From Kiritimatiellia bacterium (GTDB lineage Bacteria; Verrucomicrobiota; Kiritimatiellia; CAIQIC01; Lenti-01), in assembly GCA_035450765.1 (NCBI GenBank), contig DAOTNL010000002.1, forward strand, positions 1 to 44,440: a stretch of DNA of 44,440 bases, written 5' to 3'. Shown piece by piece: positions 8,119 through 16,226 of the stretch. Numbering within the stretch: the stretch's first letter is position 1; each line of letters begins with the position of its first letter. Below the pieces are notes generated by a model. The model saw only the letters and a list, made by a program, of their open reading frames with translations. It made no database searches and was not told where the DNA came from. A program made the translations under genes and the position numbers.

Positions 8119-9069
8119 CTATTTGGCGTAATATGGAAATCCGTCCTTCGGCATGCCCGGCGGCACGTGCCGCCAGCGCTTGTAGCTCCACAGCCAGCAT
8201 TCGGGGTGGGCGCGGATGGCCTCTTCGTAGAAGCCGGTGATGCGCCGGGTCAGGTCCTGCGCGGCGGTCGCGCGGTCCATGGCGGCGATTTCCGCCGCGG
8301 GGATCACGTGCGGCAGTTCGCCGCGGTAGGTGCCGTCGGGCCGCGGCAGGGCGTAGGCGAAGATGATTTCCGCGCCGGTCAGCGACGCCAGAACGCCTGC
8401 CGCGGGCGAAACCGAGGCCGGTTTGCCGAAGAACTCCGCGAACGTGCCGCCTTCGTCGGGATCGGTGTTCTGGTCCAGCAGCAGGCCGACGGTGCCGCCG
8501 TCGCGCAGGGCGCGGACGAGTTTCTTCAGCGCGCCTTCGCGTTCGACGATCTGCTGGCCGGTCAGTTCCCGGGCTTCCCGCAGCAGTTCGCCCACGGCGG
8601 GATTCTTGAGGGGCATCGCCACGCTCGTCAGGCCGCCGGCCGCCAGCGCCCAGTAGCGCCCCATCAGTTCCCAGTTGCCGAAGTGGCCCGTCACGCCGAC
8701 GCGCGCGACGCGGCGCGCCATCGCGTCCCGCAGGGCGGGCGCGACGTCGAGCCAGCGCGCCATGCGCGCTTCGGAATGCCGCGAAAACCACAGCAGGTCG
8801 AGCATCGTCAGCGAGAAATTCCGCAGCGACGCGCGCAGGATGCGGCGCTTTTCCGCGGGCGTCTTCGTCGCGCCGAAGGCGAGGTCGAGGTTGGCCAGCC
8901 CGAGGCGGCGGGAGCGGGCCGAAACCAGATAGGCCGCGTCGCCCAGGCGGCGCGCCAGCCACCGCACGGTCCCGCGCGGCAGGCGCGGCACGACGGCCAA
9001 CCCCAGGCGCATGGCGGGCGCTTCCAGCGCCTGCCGCAGCCGCAGCCATGGAGATTTCTTCCGCGCCAT
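8119..9069 (-). CDS. Lipid A biosynthesis (Kdo)2-lipid IVA acyltransferase family protein (LpxL/HtrB/MsbB family), copy 1
   Basis: Contains HFGNWE (HX4E/D acyltransferase motif), LLDQN and FFGKPA, and a C-terminal HPECWLWSYKRW. Confidence 0.85.
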   Translation of the reverse strand: MARKKSPWLRLRQALEAPAMRLGLAVVPRLPRGTVRWLARRLGDAAYLVSARSRRLGLANLDLAFGATKTPAEKRRILRASLRNFSLTMLDLLWFSRHSEARMARWLDVAPALRDAMARRVARVGVTGHFGNWELMGRYWALAAGGLTSVAMPLKNPAVGELLREARELTGQQIVEREGALKKLVRALRDGGTVGLLLDQNTDPDEGGTFAEFFGKPASVSPAAGVLASLTGAEIIFAYALPRPDGTYRGELPHVIPAAEIAAMDRATAAQDLTRRITGFYEEAIRAHPECWLWSYKRWRHVPPGMPKDGFPYYAK

Positions 9070-9081
9070 CCGTCCGCCCCG

Positions 9082-9984
9082 CTACGGCGCCGCCGCCGCG
9101 GCTTTTTCTTCCGGCGGGCGGCTTTTCCAGCGCTTGTGCCACCAGAGCCATTGGGCCGGGTAGCGCCGGATTTCGCCTTCGATGATCTTCGTGCAGGCCG
9201 CGGTGAACGCCTGCATCGTTTCCGGCCGGCGGTCGGCCGGCGGCGGCAGGGGCGGCAACGCTTCGACCTGGTTCGTCCCGTCCGGCGCGCGGCGAATGAA
9301 CACCGGCAGCACCGGCGCGCCGGTGTGGGCCGACATGACGGCCAGACCCGGCGTGGTGGAGGCCGGCCGGCCGAAGAAATCCACGAACACGCCCATGCCC
9401 GCGGGCCGGTTCTGGTCCAGCATGAAGCCGACCAGCTCATTCGCCTTCAGCGCGCGCACGCTGGCGCGGTAGGCGTTGCGGGCGGGAATGCCGTTGACGC
9501 CCGCCTGCCGCAGCAAATCCCACCACAGTTCGTTGAGCGTCGCGTTGCGCAACGGCTTGGCGATGACGGAGAGCGGATAGCCGAACAGCCGCGGCACCTG
9601 CAGCGCCAACAGCGCGTAGTTGCCGAAATGCGCGATCAGCACCAGCACGCCCTGGCCCAGCGCCCGCGCGGCTTCGACGTGTTCTTTTCCGCTCACGGCC
9701 AGGCGCGCGGCCAGCTCCGCCTCCCGCCCCCCCGCGTAGCGCAGCAGTTCGACCACGTTGAGCACCTGCTGGCGGCAGACTTCGGCGTAGAGAGAGCGCC
9801 GCTCGGCCGGCGATTTCTCCGGGAAACAGCGCGCCAGCGTTTCGAGGACGTAGCCCCGGCGCAGGCGCACGACGCGGGCCAAGGTCCAGCCGATGCCGTT
9901 CGCCAGCGCCGTCGCGGCGTCCGCCGGCAAGGCCGCCACGGCCCGCGCCAATCCTCGTAGAACCCATGCGAACATGCGGGCCAT
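9082..9984 (-). CDS. Lipid A biosynthesis acyltransferase family protein (LpxL/HtrB/MsbB family), copy 2
   Basis: Track ORF 9082..10149 trimmed to ATG 9984 (MARMFAWVLRGLARAV...). Contains HFGNYA, MLDQN, FFGRPA and YPAQWLWWHKRW. Confidence 0.8.
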   Translation of the reverse strand: MARMFAWVLRGLARAVAALPADAATALANGIGWTLARVVRLRRGYVLETLARCFPEKSPAERRSLYAEVCRQQVLNVVELLRYAGGREAELAARLAVSGKEHVEAARALGQGVLVLIAHFGNYALLALQVPRLFGYPLSVIAKPLRNATLNELWWDLLRQAGVNGIPARNAYRASVRALKANELVGFMLDQNRPAGMGVFVDFFGRPASTTPGLAVMSAHTGAPVLPVFIRRAPDGTNQVEALPPLPPPADRRPETMQAFTAACTKIIEGEIRRYPAQWLWWHKRWKSRPPEEKAAAAAP

Positions 9985-10078
9985 GCTACCCCAGCCGCGC
10001 CGCTTCCGCCAAGCCCCGTCTTCCCGCGGCCGTTTCCGGGGTTGCGGAGGCCGTCCGCTTGTGGTGAAATCCCCGCCC

Positions 10079-10633
10079 ATGCAAGAATTTTTCCGCAAAA
10101 TGCTCGTCGCGATGGGCGAAGATCCCGACCGCGAAGGCCTGCGCGCCACCCCGAAGCGGGCGGCCGCGGCCTGGGCCTATCTCACCCGCGGCTACCAGCA
10201 GGACCCCGCCGCCCTCCTGAAGTCCGCCGTCTTCGAGGTCGAGGCCAACCACATGGTGATCGTCCGCGACATCGAGATCTATTCGCTGTGCGAACACCAC
10301 CTGCTGCCGTTCTTCGGCGTCTGCCACGTCGGCTACATCCCGCGCGGCAAGATCATCGGCGTCAGCAAGATCGCCCGGCTGGCGGATCTCTTCGCCCGCC
10401 GCCTGCAGGTGCAGGAGCGGCTCACCAACCAGATCGCCCGCACGCTCATGGACACCCTCGAACCCGAAGGCGTCGGCGTGATCATCGAAGCCCAGCACCT
10501 GTGCATGATGATGCGCGGCGTCGAAAAGCAGAATTCCCGCATGGTGACGAGCGCCATGCTCGGCAGCTTCCACGACTCCGTCGCGACCCGCAACGAGTTC
10601 CTGCACCTGTCGCGGCACCGCTCGTCCGAATAG
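10079..10633 (+). CDS. folE: GTP cyclohydrolase I
   Basis: Track ORF 9893..10633 trimmed to ATG 10079. Contains EGLRATPKRAA, SLCEHHLLPFFG, QVQERLT and HLCMMMRGV. Confidence 0.9.
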   Translation: MQEFFRKMLVAMGEDPDREGLRATPKRAAAAWAYLTRGYQQDPAALLKSAVFEVEANHMVIVRDIEIYSLCEHHLLPFFGVCHVGYIPRGKIIGVSKIARLADLFARRLQVQERLTNQIARTLMDTLEPEGVGVIIEAQHLCMMMRGVEKQNSRMVTSAMLGSFHDSVATRNEFLHLSRHRSSE

Positions 10634-10635
10634 CC

Positions 10636-11289
10636 ATGGTCCGCCGCCTGCTGCCCCTCGCCTGGTTCCTGCTCGCCGCCGCGACGGCATCCGCCCGGTC
10701 CGCGCGCCTCCCCCTCGATCCCGCCGCCTTGGCCGGCGCCGAAGTGTTCACCGCCGCCGAGGCGCACGTCGCCGCCGCCGCGCAAGCGGCCGGCCTCGCG
10801 TTCGTCGCCGATCCCCGCCCCTTGCCGCCGCAGGTGCTGCTGACGCTCGACACCGCCGCCGGGGACGTCCAGAAGCGCGACGGCCTGCTCTATTGGCGTG
10901 GCGAGATGCTGCCCGACCAGCTCGCGCCCGGCGAAACCGGCACCCTCGTGCGCCGTCGCCGCGCCAAGACCGGCGACTGGAAAACCGTCCGCACCCAGGC
11001 CGACGTCGGCCCCGCTTCCCGCGCCGATCTCGTGCCCGCCGCGCGGACCGCCGGAACGATTGCCCTGCCGGCGATGATCATCGAAACGCCCTATCGGCTC
11101 GGCGCCGCCGGCGATTGCGCCGCGACGCTGGTGCTCTGGCGTACCGCCGACGAAGACAGCGCCCCTTTGGCCGGCTGCATCGTTCTCGACCAGCCGCCCC
11201 CCGCGCTGGCCGCAGCCCTCGCCGCGCGCCTGCCGGATTTCCCGGCCCGCGCGGACTGGGCCGACGCTTTCGCCGCCTACGCGCGCTGA
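10636..11289 (+). CDS. Exported hypothetical protein, 217 aa
   Basis: Track ORF 10042..11289 trimmed to ATG 10636, which lies 2 nt after the folE stop. Signal peptide is MVRRLLPLAWFLLAAATASA. It is followed by a strong terminator. I recognise no family. Confidence 0.65.
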   Translation: MVRRLLPLAWFLLAAATASARSARLPLDPAALAGAEVFTAAEAHVAAAAQAAGLAFVADPRPLPPQVLLTLDTAAGDVQKRDGLLYWRGEMLPDQLAPGETGTLVRRRRAKTGDWKTVRTQADVGPASRADLVPAARTAGTIALPAMIIETPYRLGAAGDCAATLVLWRTADEDSAPLAGCIVLDQPPPALAAALAARLPDFPARADWADAFAAYAR

Positions 11290-11290
11290 A

Positions 11291-11325
11291 TCCGCGCCCG
11301 CAGCGGCCGCGCGCGGGATTTTTTT
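11291..11325 (+). terminator. Rho-independent terminator after the folE-hypothetical pair
   Basis: GC-rich imperfect hairpin (tccgcgc...gcgcggga) followed by T7 (11319-11325), starting 2 nt after the stop at 11289. Confidence 0.65.
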
Positions 11326-11401
11326 GCGCGGCGGCGTGAACTTTTTCCGCTTCCGGATCGCTGGCAACTCTTGAGCCTGCCATGGATTCCGGAGATTTCC
11401 A

Positions 11402-12337
11402 GTGAAGCCGCGCGCCACGACCTACGGCGCGCTGGCCGCCGACGTCTGGGGCGTTCTGGCCGCCAGTCCGTTCTGGCTGGCCGCCCACGTCGCCACCTTG
11501 GTTGCCCTCAGCGTCCTGGAACCGGGAACCGCCTGGGTGGCCAAGGACGCCGTCGGGGCGCTGGAAAAGGCGCAGGGCACGCTGGCGGACCTCGCGCTGC
11601 CGAACGCGGGGCTCTACCTGTCGATCGCCGCGGGGCTGGCGGCGCTGCGGCTGGCCGAGCATCTTTCCGGCAAAGTCTATGAAGCGACCGTCGTCTTCGC
11701 GCTCCAGCGGGTCATGCTGCGCCGCCGGCCGGACGTCCGTCCCGGCGAAGACGCCACCCGCATGGCGTACGATTGCATCGAGGCGAAAAAATCCCTTTCG
11801 CCGCTCTACACCAACCTGTGGCGCGACCTCTGCCGGCTGGCGGCCGTCGCGCTCTGGCAGCTGTCCATCGCGCCGGCCTGGCTCCCGGCGCTGGCGCTGA
11901 GCCTCCTGCCGCCGGTGCTGGGCATCCTGGGCCTGGCCCCGCACGTCCAGAAAGCCAAACGCCGGGTGCTCGAAGACAACTGCCGCGTGACGGCCCATGC
12001 GACCGAAGGCGCGACCGACGGCTTGCTCCGGAGCCAGCGCCGCCTGCTGAGTCGGTTCGTGCGGCTGGAAGCGTGGACCGGCGGCATGGAGGCCCTGATC
12101 CGCCTGTCGGCCTGGCCGTTCCTGCTGGCTTTGGTCCTGGCGTGCCGCGCGCTGGACCTGCCCCTGATTCCCGCGCGGCTCTCCATGGGCGATCTGGCGG
12201 CGGTTCTCGTCGGCCTGGCGCTTCTCCAGAAACCCGCCATGGAAGTGGGGAAATCCTACGTCACGCTGCGCGGCAACTGGCCGGCCCTGATGCGCGCGCT
12301 CTATCCCCACCTGCCGGAAGGGGGCCGCGCCCCATGA
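11402..12337 (+). CDS. Six-TM membrane protein resembling the transmembrane domain of type-I ABC exporters, with no ATPase domain
   Basis: GTG start 8 nt after GGAG. Hydrophobic helices and long intracellular-loop helices (VFALQRVMLRRRP..., KRRVLEDNCRVTAHATEG...RRLLSRFVRLEAW...) follow the ABC_membrane layout. The ORF ends where an NBD would begin. Confidence 0.65.
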   Translation: MKPRATTYGALAADVWGVLAASPFWLAAHVATLVALSVLEPGTAWVAKDAVGALEKAQGTLADLALPNAGLYLSIAAGLAALRLAEHLSGKVYEATVVFALQRVMLRRRPDVRPGEDATRMAYDCIEAKKSLSPLYTNLWRDLCRLAAVALWQLSIAPAWLPALALSLLPPVLGILGLAPHVQKAKRRVLEDNCRVTAHATEGATDGLLRSQRRLLSRFVRLEAWTGGMEALIRLSAWPFLLALVLACRALDLPLIPARLSMGDLAAVLVGLALLQKPAMEVGKSYVTLRGNWPALMRALYPHLPEGGRAP

Positions 12338-12981
12338 AAGCTTCCCGGGCCTTTTCGCTCATCGAGCTGCTCGCGGCCGCGGCCGCCCTCGCCTGGCTGG
12401 CCGCGCTGCTGGTGCCGGCGCTGGCCCGCGGCCTGGATGCGGCCCGGCGCGCCGCCTGCCTGTCGAACCTGCGCCAGATCTACGCCGGCTACGCGCTGTA
12501 CGCCGCCGACCACGGCGGCAAGGTCCCGCCCAAGTTCGAAGTCAAGAAGGCGCGCCTGTCCGCGTCCGACGCCACGGAAGGCCGCGTGCTGAACACGCCC
12601 GCGCACGGCATCCAGACCGTCCTCGCGCCCTATCTCGAAAGCGAAACCGTCTTCCGCTGCCCCGCCGACGCCGGCGACGCGAAAAATGCCGAACCGCTCT
12701 GGCGGCAATGCGGCTGCAGCTACGAGGTCAAGGGCGTCCTCGAAAAGGACCGCGGCACCTCCAAGGAACGTTTCGTCGCCCGCGGCAGCGAAACCATCGT
12801 CGGCGATCCCTTCAAGCCGTGGGAAGCCGCCGATCGCCTGGGGGTCATGGAAAAAATCGCCAAGGGCGAGCACGGTCCCAAGGATTGGCACGCCGGCTGG
12901 TGCAATCTCATGCTGCCCAACGGCCGCGCCGTCAGCGTCCGGACCAAGGAACAGGAAAAAGCGGAGCAATTGAAGGAATGA
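12334..12981 (+). CDS. Prepilin-type N-terminal cleavage/methylation domain protein with a C-terminal H-X9-DG-type motif (pseudopilin-like)
   Basis: Track ORF 11773..12981 trimmed to ATG 12334 (ATGA overlap). MKASRAFSLIELLAAAAALAWLAALLVPAL is a prepilin leader plus hydrophobic helix. The C-terminus WHAGWCNLMLPNGRAVSV has the form H-X9-NG. Confidence 0.8.
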   Translation: MKASRAFSLIELLAAAAALAWLAALLVPALARGLDAARRAACLSNLRQIYAGYALYAADHGGKVPPKFEVKKARLSASDATEGRVLNTPAHGIQTVLAPYLESETVFRCPADAGDAKNAEPLWRQCGCSYEVKGVLEKDRGTSKERFVARGSETIVGDPFKPWEAADRLGVMEKIAKGEHGPKDWHAGWCNLMLPNGRAVSVRTKEQEKAEQLKE

Positions 12982-14300
12982 AAAGTTCCCTCGCCCTCCG
13001 GATCGGGCTGGCGCTCTGGCTGGCCGCCGCTGCGGCCGCCTTCGCGGACGGGCCGCTGCATTTCTTCGACTTCACCGAGGAAACCAAGATCAAAGGGTTC
13101 TTCGTCCAGCGCGACGGCGACCTGTACTTCGCCAGCGAAAAGGGCGGAGCTCCCAACTACGGCTACATCGGCCGCTTCTGCCCGACCAACCGGCAAATCA
13201 CCGTGCTCTACGAGTTTCCGGCGCTGACCAAGGCCAAGGGGCTCGCCGCCGTGGGCGATGAAATGTGGTTCGTGACCGAAACCAACGGCGCATCCCATTA
13301 CGGCTACGTGGGCTGTTTCCATCCCGGCAGCAATACCGTCGAGGAGCTGTGTTCCTTCCCGGCCCTCACCCTGGCCAAAAGCGCGCCGTTCGTCTTGGGA
13401 ACCAATGGATTCTATTTCTTCACCGAGGCGGGCGGCACCAACGGCACCGGGGCCCTCATGCGCTATTCGCGCGAAGGCGGCCTCGCCACGGCGTGCAGCT
13501 TCACTCCCGCGACGGGCCTCAAGCCCGAGGCGCGCCCCGCGTTTTTCAACGGCCAGCTCTACTACGGCAGCCGCGAAGGCGGCGACCTGACCCAGCAAGG
13601 CGGCAAGGGCGCCGGCACCCTCGGCACCATCGATCTCGCCACCGGCGCCGTCGCCAAGCTCGTCGACCTCAACGCCAGCAACCACGGCGCCCGCATCAAA
13701 TCCCTCCTGCCTTTCGGCGGCCGCATCTACTACGCCGCCGACGAAGGCGGCGATCTCTCGCTCAACGGCGGGAAGGGCAACGGAGCCATGGGGTTCTTCG
13801 ATCCCGCGACGATGGCCGTCGCCAAGCTCCTCACCTGCAACGGCACGACCACCGGCACCAAGCCGAAGAGCCTCGTCGCCGTCGAGGACCGCGTCTATTT
13901 CAACTGCGGCGAGGGAGGCCCCAACGGCTGCGGCGCGTTCTACGTCGTCGCGGACGGCACCAACCTCTCCCGGATCGCCGCGCTCGACGTTCCCTTCGGC
14001 AACAAGTCCGACATGCTCACCCTCTACGGCAACCGGCTCTACTGCGCCACCGAACAGGGCTGCTCGAACTGGCTCGGCGGCATCTCCGCCTTCGAAGTCG
14101 ACGTCGCCCCGCGCGAACTGGCCATCGCTTCCGAAAACGGCCGGCTGCACGTCGCGTGGGACGCGCTCGCCGACGACTGCGTGCTGGAAGCCTGCCCCGC
14201 CCTCGGCGGCGAATGGCGGCCCGTCGCCGGTCCCGGCGCGACGAACGCCGTCGTGGACCCCGCCGCCGCCACCGCGTTTTTCCGGCTCCGCCGGGAATGA
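12978..14300 (+). CDS. Exported seven-bladed beta-propeller protein with Gloeo_Verruco (GloVer)-like repeats and a C-terminal beta-sandwich tail ending FFRLRRE
   Basis: Track ORF 12708..14300 trimmed to ATG 12978 (ATGA overlap). Signal peptide is MKSSLALRIGLALWLAAAAAAFA. There are seven repeats of the pattern hydrophobic-Y/W-F-x-x-E-x-GG-x(3-10)-G-x-hydrophobic. Confidence 0.8.
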   Translation: MKSSLALRIGLALWLAAAAAAFADGPLHFFDFTEETKIKGFFVQRDGDLYFASEKGGAPNYGYIGRFCPTNRQITVLYEFPALTKAKGLAAVGDEMWFVTETNGASHYGYVGCFHPGSNTVEELCSFPALTLAKSAPFVLGTNGFYFFTEAGGTNGTGALMRYSREGGLATACSFTPATGLKPEARPAFFNGQLYYGSREGGDLTQQGGKGAGTLGTIDLATGAVAKLVDLNASNHGARIKSLLPFGGRIYYAADEGGDLSLNGGKGNGAMGFFDPATMAVAKLLTCNGTTTGTKPKSLVAVEDRVYFNCGEGGPNGCGAFYVVADGTNLSRIAALDVPFGNKSDMLTLYGNRLYCATEQGCSNWLGGISAFEVDVAPRELAIASENGRLHVAWDALADDCVLEACPALGGEWRPVAGPGATNAVVDPAAATAFFRLRRE

Positions 14301-14311
14301 AAGGAAAACCC

Positions 14312-14506
14312 ATGAACGAAACCCTCAAAATCAAACTCACCCACGAGCTGCCCGACGGCGCCGCGCTCACGCTCGAAATCCGCCTCGCGGCGGATTCCCT
14401 CGACCAGGCCCGCGCCGAAGCCCTGCGCCGCTTCGAAAAGGCCATCGCCGACCTGGCCGGCCGGCCGCTGGCCATCGCCAAGGCCAAAATCGAACAGGGC
14501 GCATAG
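14312..14506 (+). CDS. Small hypothetical protein, 64 aa
   Basis: ATG 14312 is preceded by AAGGAAA. Composition is normal (MNETLKIKLTHELPDGAALTLEIRLAADSLDQARAEALRRFEKAIADLAG...). It is in frame within track ORF 13265..14506. Confidence 0.55.
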   Translation: MNETLKIKLTHELPDGAALTLEIRLAADSLDQARAEALRRFEKAIADLAGRPLAIAKAKIEQGA

Positions 14507-14511
14507 CCGCC

Positions 14512-16209
14512 GTGGCCACGACCTTTTCGCTCCGGCCACTTCCCGATCTGCCGGAAGCGCACCGGCCGGACGTCAAAGCCTTCCTGCAGCACCGCGGGAG
14601 GCTTTGGGCGGGCACGCGCCAAGGCCTCTACCGCATCGGCCCCGAACAGGCCGATTTCCTGCCCGATTGGCGGGACCGCGGAGAGATCCTGGCGCTCGGT
14701 CCGGCCGCCGGCGGCGCTTGGGTCGCGCAGCGCCGCGAAGGGCTCTGGACGATCGCCGCCTGCGACGACGACGGGCGCCGCGGAACCGCGTTTGCCTTCG
14801 ACGCCGACGACCCGACCTGCCTGGCCGAAGCGGCCGGCGCGCTCTGGGTCGGCGGCAAGAACAACCTCTACCGGCAGGACGGATCGCGGTGGCGGCCCCA
14901 GTTGCCGAAGACCATGGCCGGCCCCGTCGATTGGCTGCGGGAAATCGACGGCGCCTTGTTCGCCGCCATCCTGAAATGCGCCGCGGACGGACGGCCCCGG
15001 CTTCTGCGGATCCGCGACGGAAAGCGGAAAGCGGTCTGGACCGGCCGGGCCGGCGATCGCCTCCGCGCCACGGATGGCCGCCGCATCCTCTGCAAATGGA
15101 CCGGCGACCAAAGCCGCCCCGCCCTGCTGGCCAAGCCCATTCTCGCCGCCGCCTTTTTCGAGGATGGCGGCCGCGGCATCCTCCAAGCCTCGACCTTGGT
15201 CCTGGAAGATCGCGACGGCCGCGAAATTTTCCGTCTGCGCGACGACCGGTTTTCGCGCGGCCTGTGGCTGGCCCGCGCCGGCGACCGGATCGTCGTGGCC
15301 GGCGAGCAAGGTCTCCACGCCGTCGATCCGGGCGCGCGCACATGGACGGATTTGACCGCGCGGGGCAACGGCCCGCGCCGCGCCAGCCGCATCAAGCACG
15401 TCTGGAACGCCGGAACAGGCCGGTTCCTGCTGTGCGCCACCCACGGCACGTTTTCCAGCCGCGACAACGGCTCGACCTGGACCCGCGTCGCCGGCGCGCC
15501 GGACGTCCTGCACTCCCGCCGCCTGTTCCGCGCCGCCGACGGCGTCCTCGTCCTGGCCACGCGCGACGGCATTTTCCGGAGCCGCGACGGCGGCAACCGC
15601 TGGCAAGCGCTCGACTGGGCCGGCGACGGCACCGTCTACGACAAGCTTTCGGGCGTCGCGCTCGCCGGCGAACGCCTGGCGTTCGGCGGCAAGCAAGGCT
15701 TGTTCATCCAGTCGCCCGGCCGGCCCGCCCGTCCCATCGCCGCGCTGGCGGATCGCCGCATCGAGGACGTCGTCGCGGACGGCCCCGCGCGCCTCCTCGC
15801 GCTCTGCCATGGCGGCGAAGTCTTCGCGGTGGATCCGGACCGGGAAACCGCCGAACTTTTCGCCCGCTTTCCGGTCCAGGAAGGCCGCGCCCTCGCGCCC
15901 GACCGCGGCGGCCTCCTGCTGCTGGGACGGAAAACCCTGCACGTTCTCCGGAATGGCCGGCCCGAACCCGTCCCCCTGCCCGTCATCGGCGCGGAGTTCT
16001 CCTTCTCCGTCGCGGCCGGCCGTTGCGCCGCGCTTTCCGTCGCCGGCGCCTGGCTCGCCGCCGTCGGAACTTGGCAATGGCGGCCGATACCCCGCTGGCC
16101 CGCCGGCCTGGAAAAGCCCGCCGGGGCCCTGTCCGCAGACGGCAGCGCGCTCGTGTTCACCGACAACCGCCGGCTCTGGAAAATGGACGTTCCGCGTGGC
16201 GAAGCGTAG
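14512..16209 (+). CDS. Beta-propeller protein with BNR/Asp-box and Reg_prop-like blades and no signal peptide (565 aa)
   Basis: GTG start at 14512. Asp-box motifs are SRDNGSTW and SRDGGNRW. There are repeated G-x-W/L-x-G-x(3)-GLY/F blade patterns. Confidence 0.7.
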   Translation: MATTFSLRPLPDLPEAHRPDVKAFLQHRGRLWAGTRQGLYRIGPEQADFLPDWRDRGEILALGPAAGGAWVAQRREGLWTIAACDDDGRRGTAFAFDADDPTCLAEAAGALWVGGKNNLYRQDGSRWRPQLPKTMAGPVDWLREIDGALFAAILKCAADGRPRLLRIRDGKRKAVWTGRAGDRLRATDGRRILCKWTGDQSRPALLAKPILAAAFFEDGGRGILQASTLVLEDRDGREIFRLRDDRFSRGLWLARAGDRIVVAGEQGLHAVDPGARTWTDLTARGNGPRRASRIKHVWNAGTGRFLLCATHGTFSSRDNGSTWTRVAGAPDVLHSRRLFRAADGVLVLATRDGIFRSRDGGNRWQALDWAGDGTVYDKLSGVALAGERLAFGGKQGLFIQSPGRPARPIAALADRRIEDVVADGPARLLALCHGGEVFAVDPDRETAELFARFPVQEGRALAPDRGGLLLLGRKTLHVLRNGRPEPVPLPVIGAEFSFSVAAGRCAALSVAGAWLAAVGTWQWRPIPRWPAGLEKPAGALSADGSALVFTDNRRLWKMDVPRGEA

Positions 16210-16226
16210 GCTTGGAAATCGCATCC

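Noticed and set aside
11336-11362. An ECF-type promoter look-alike GTGAAC-N17-CGCT upstream of the pseudopilin module, sharing GAACTTT with the GGAACTT upstream of the sigma gene (6912-6918)
   Set aside because: Only the -35-like half is shared and the -10 regions do not match each other. Such short GC-neutral motifs occur by chance. I kept it as a note only and do not call it a regulon link.
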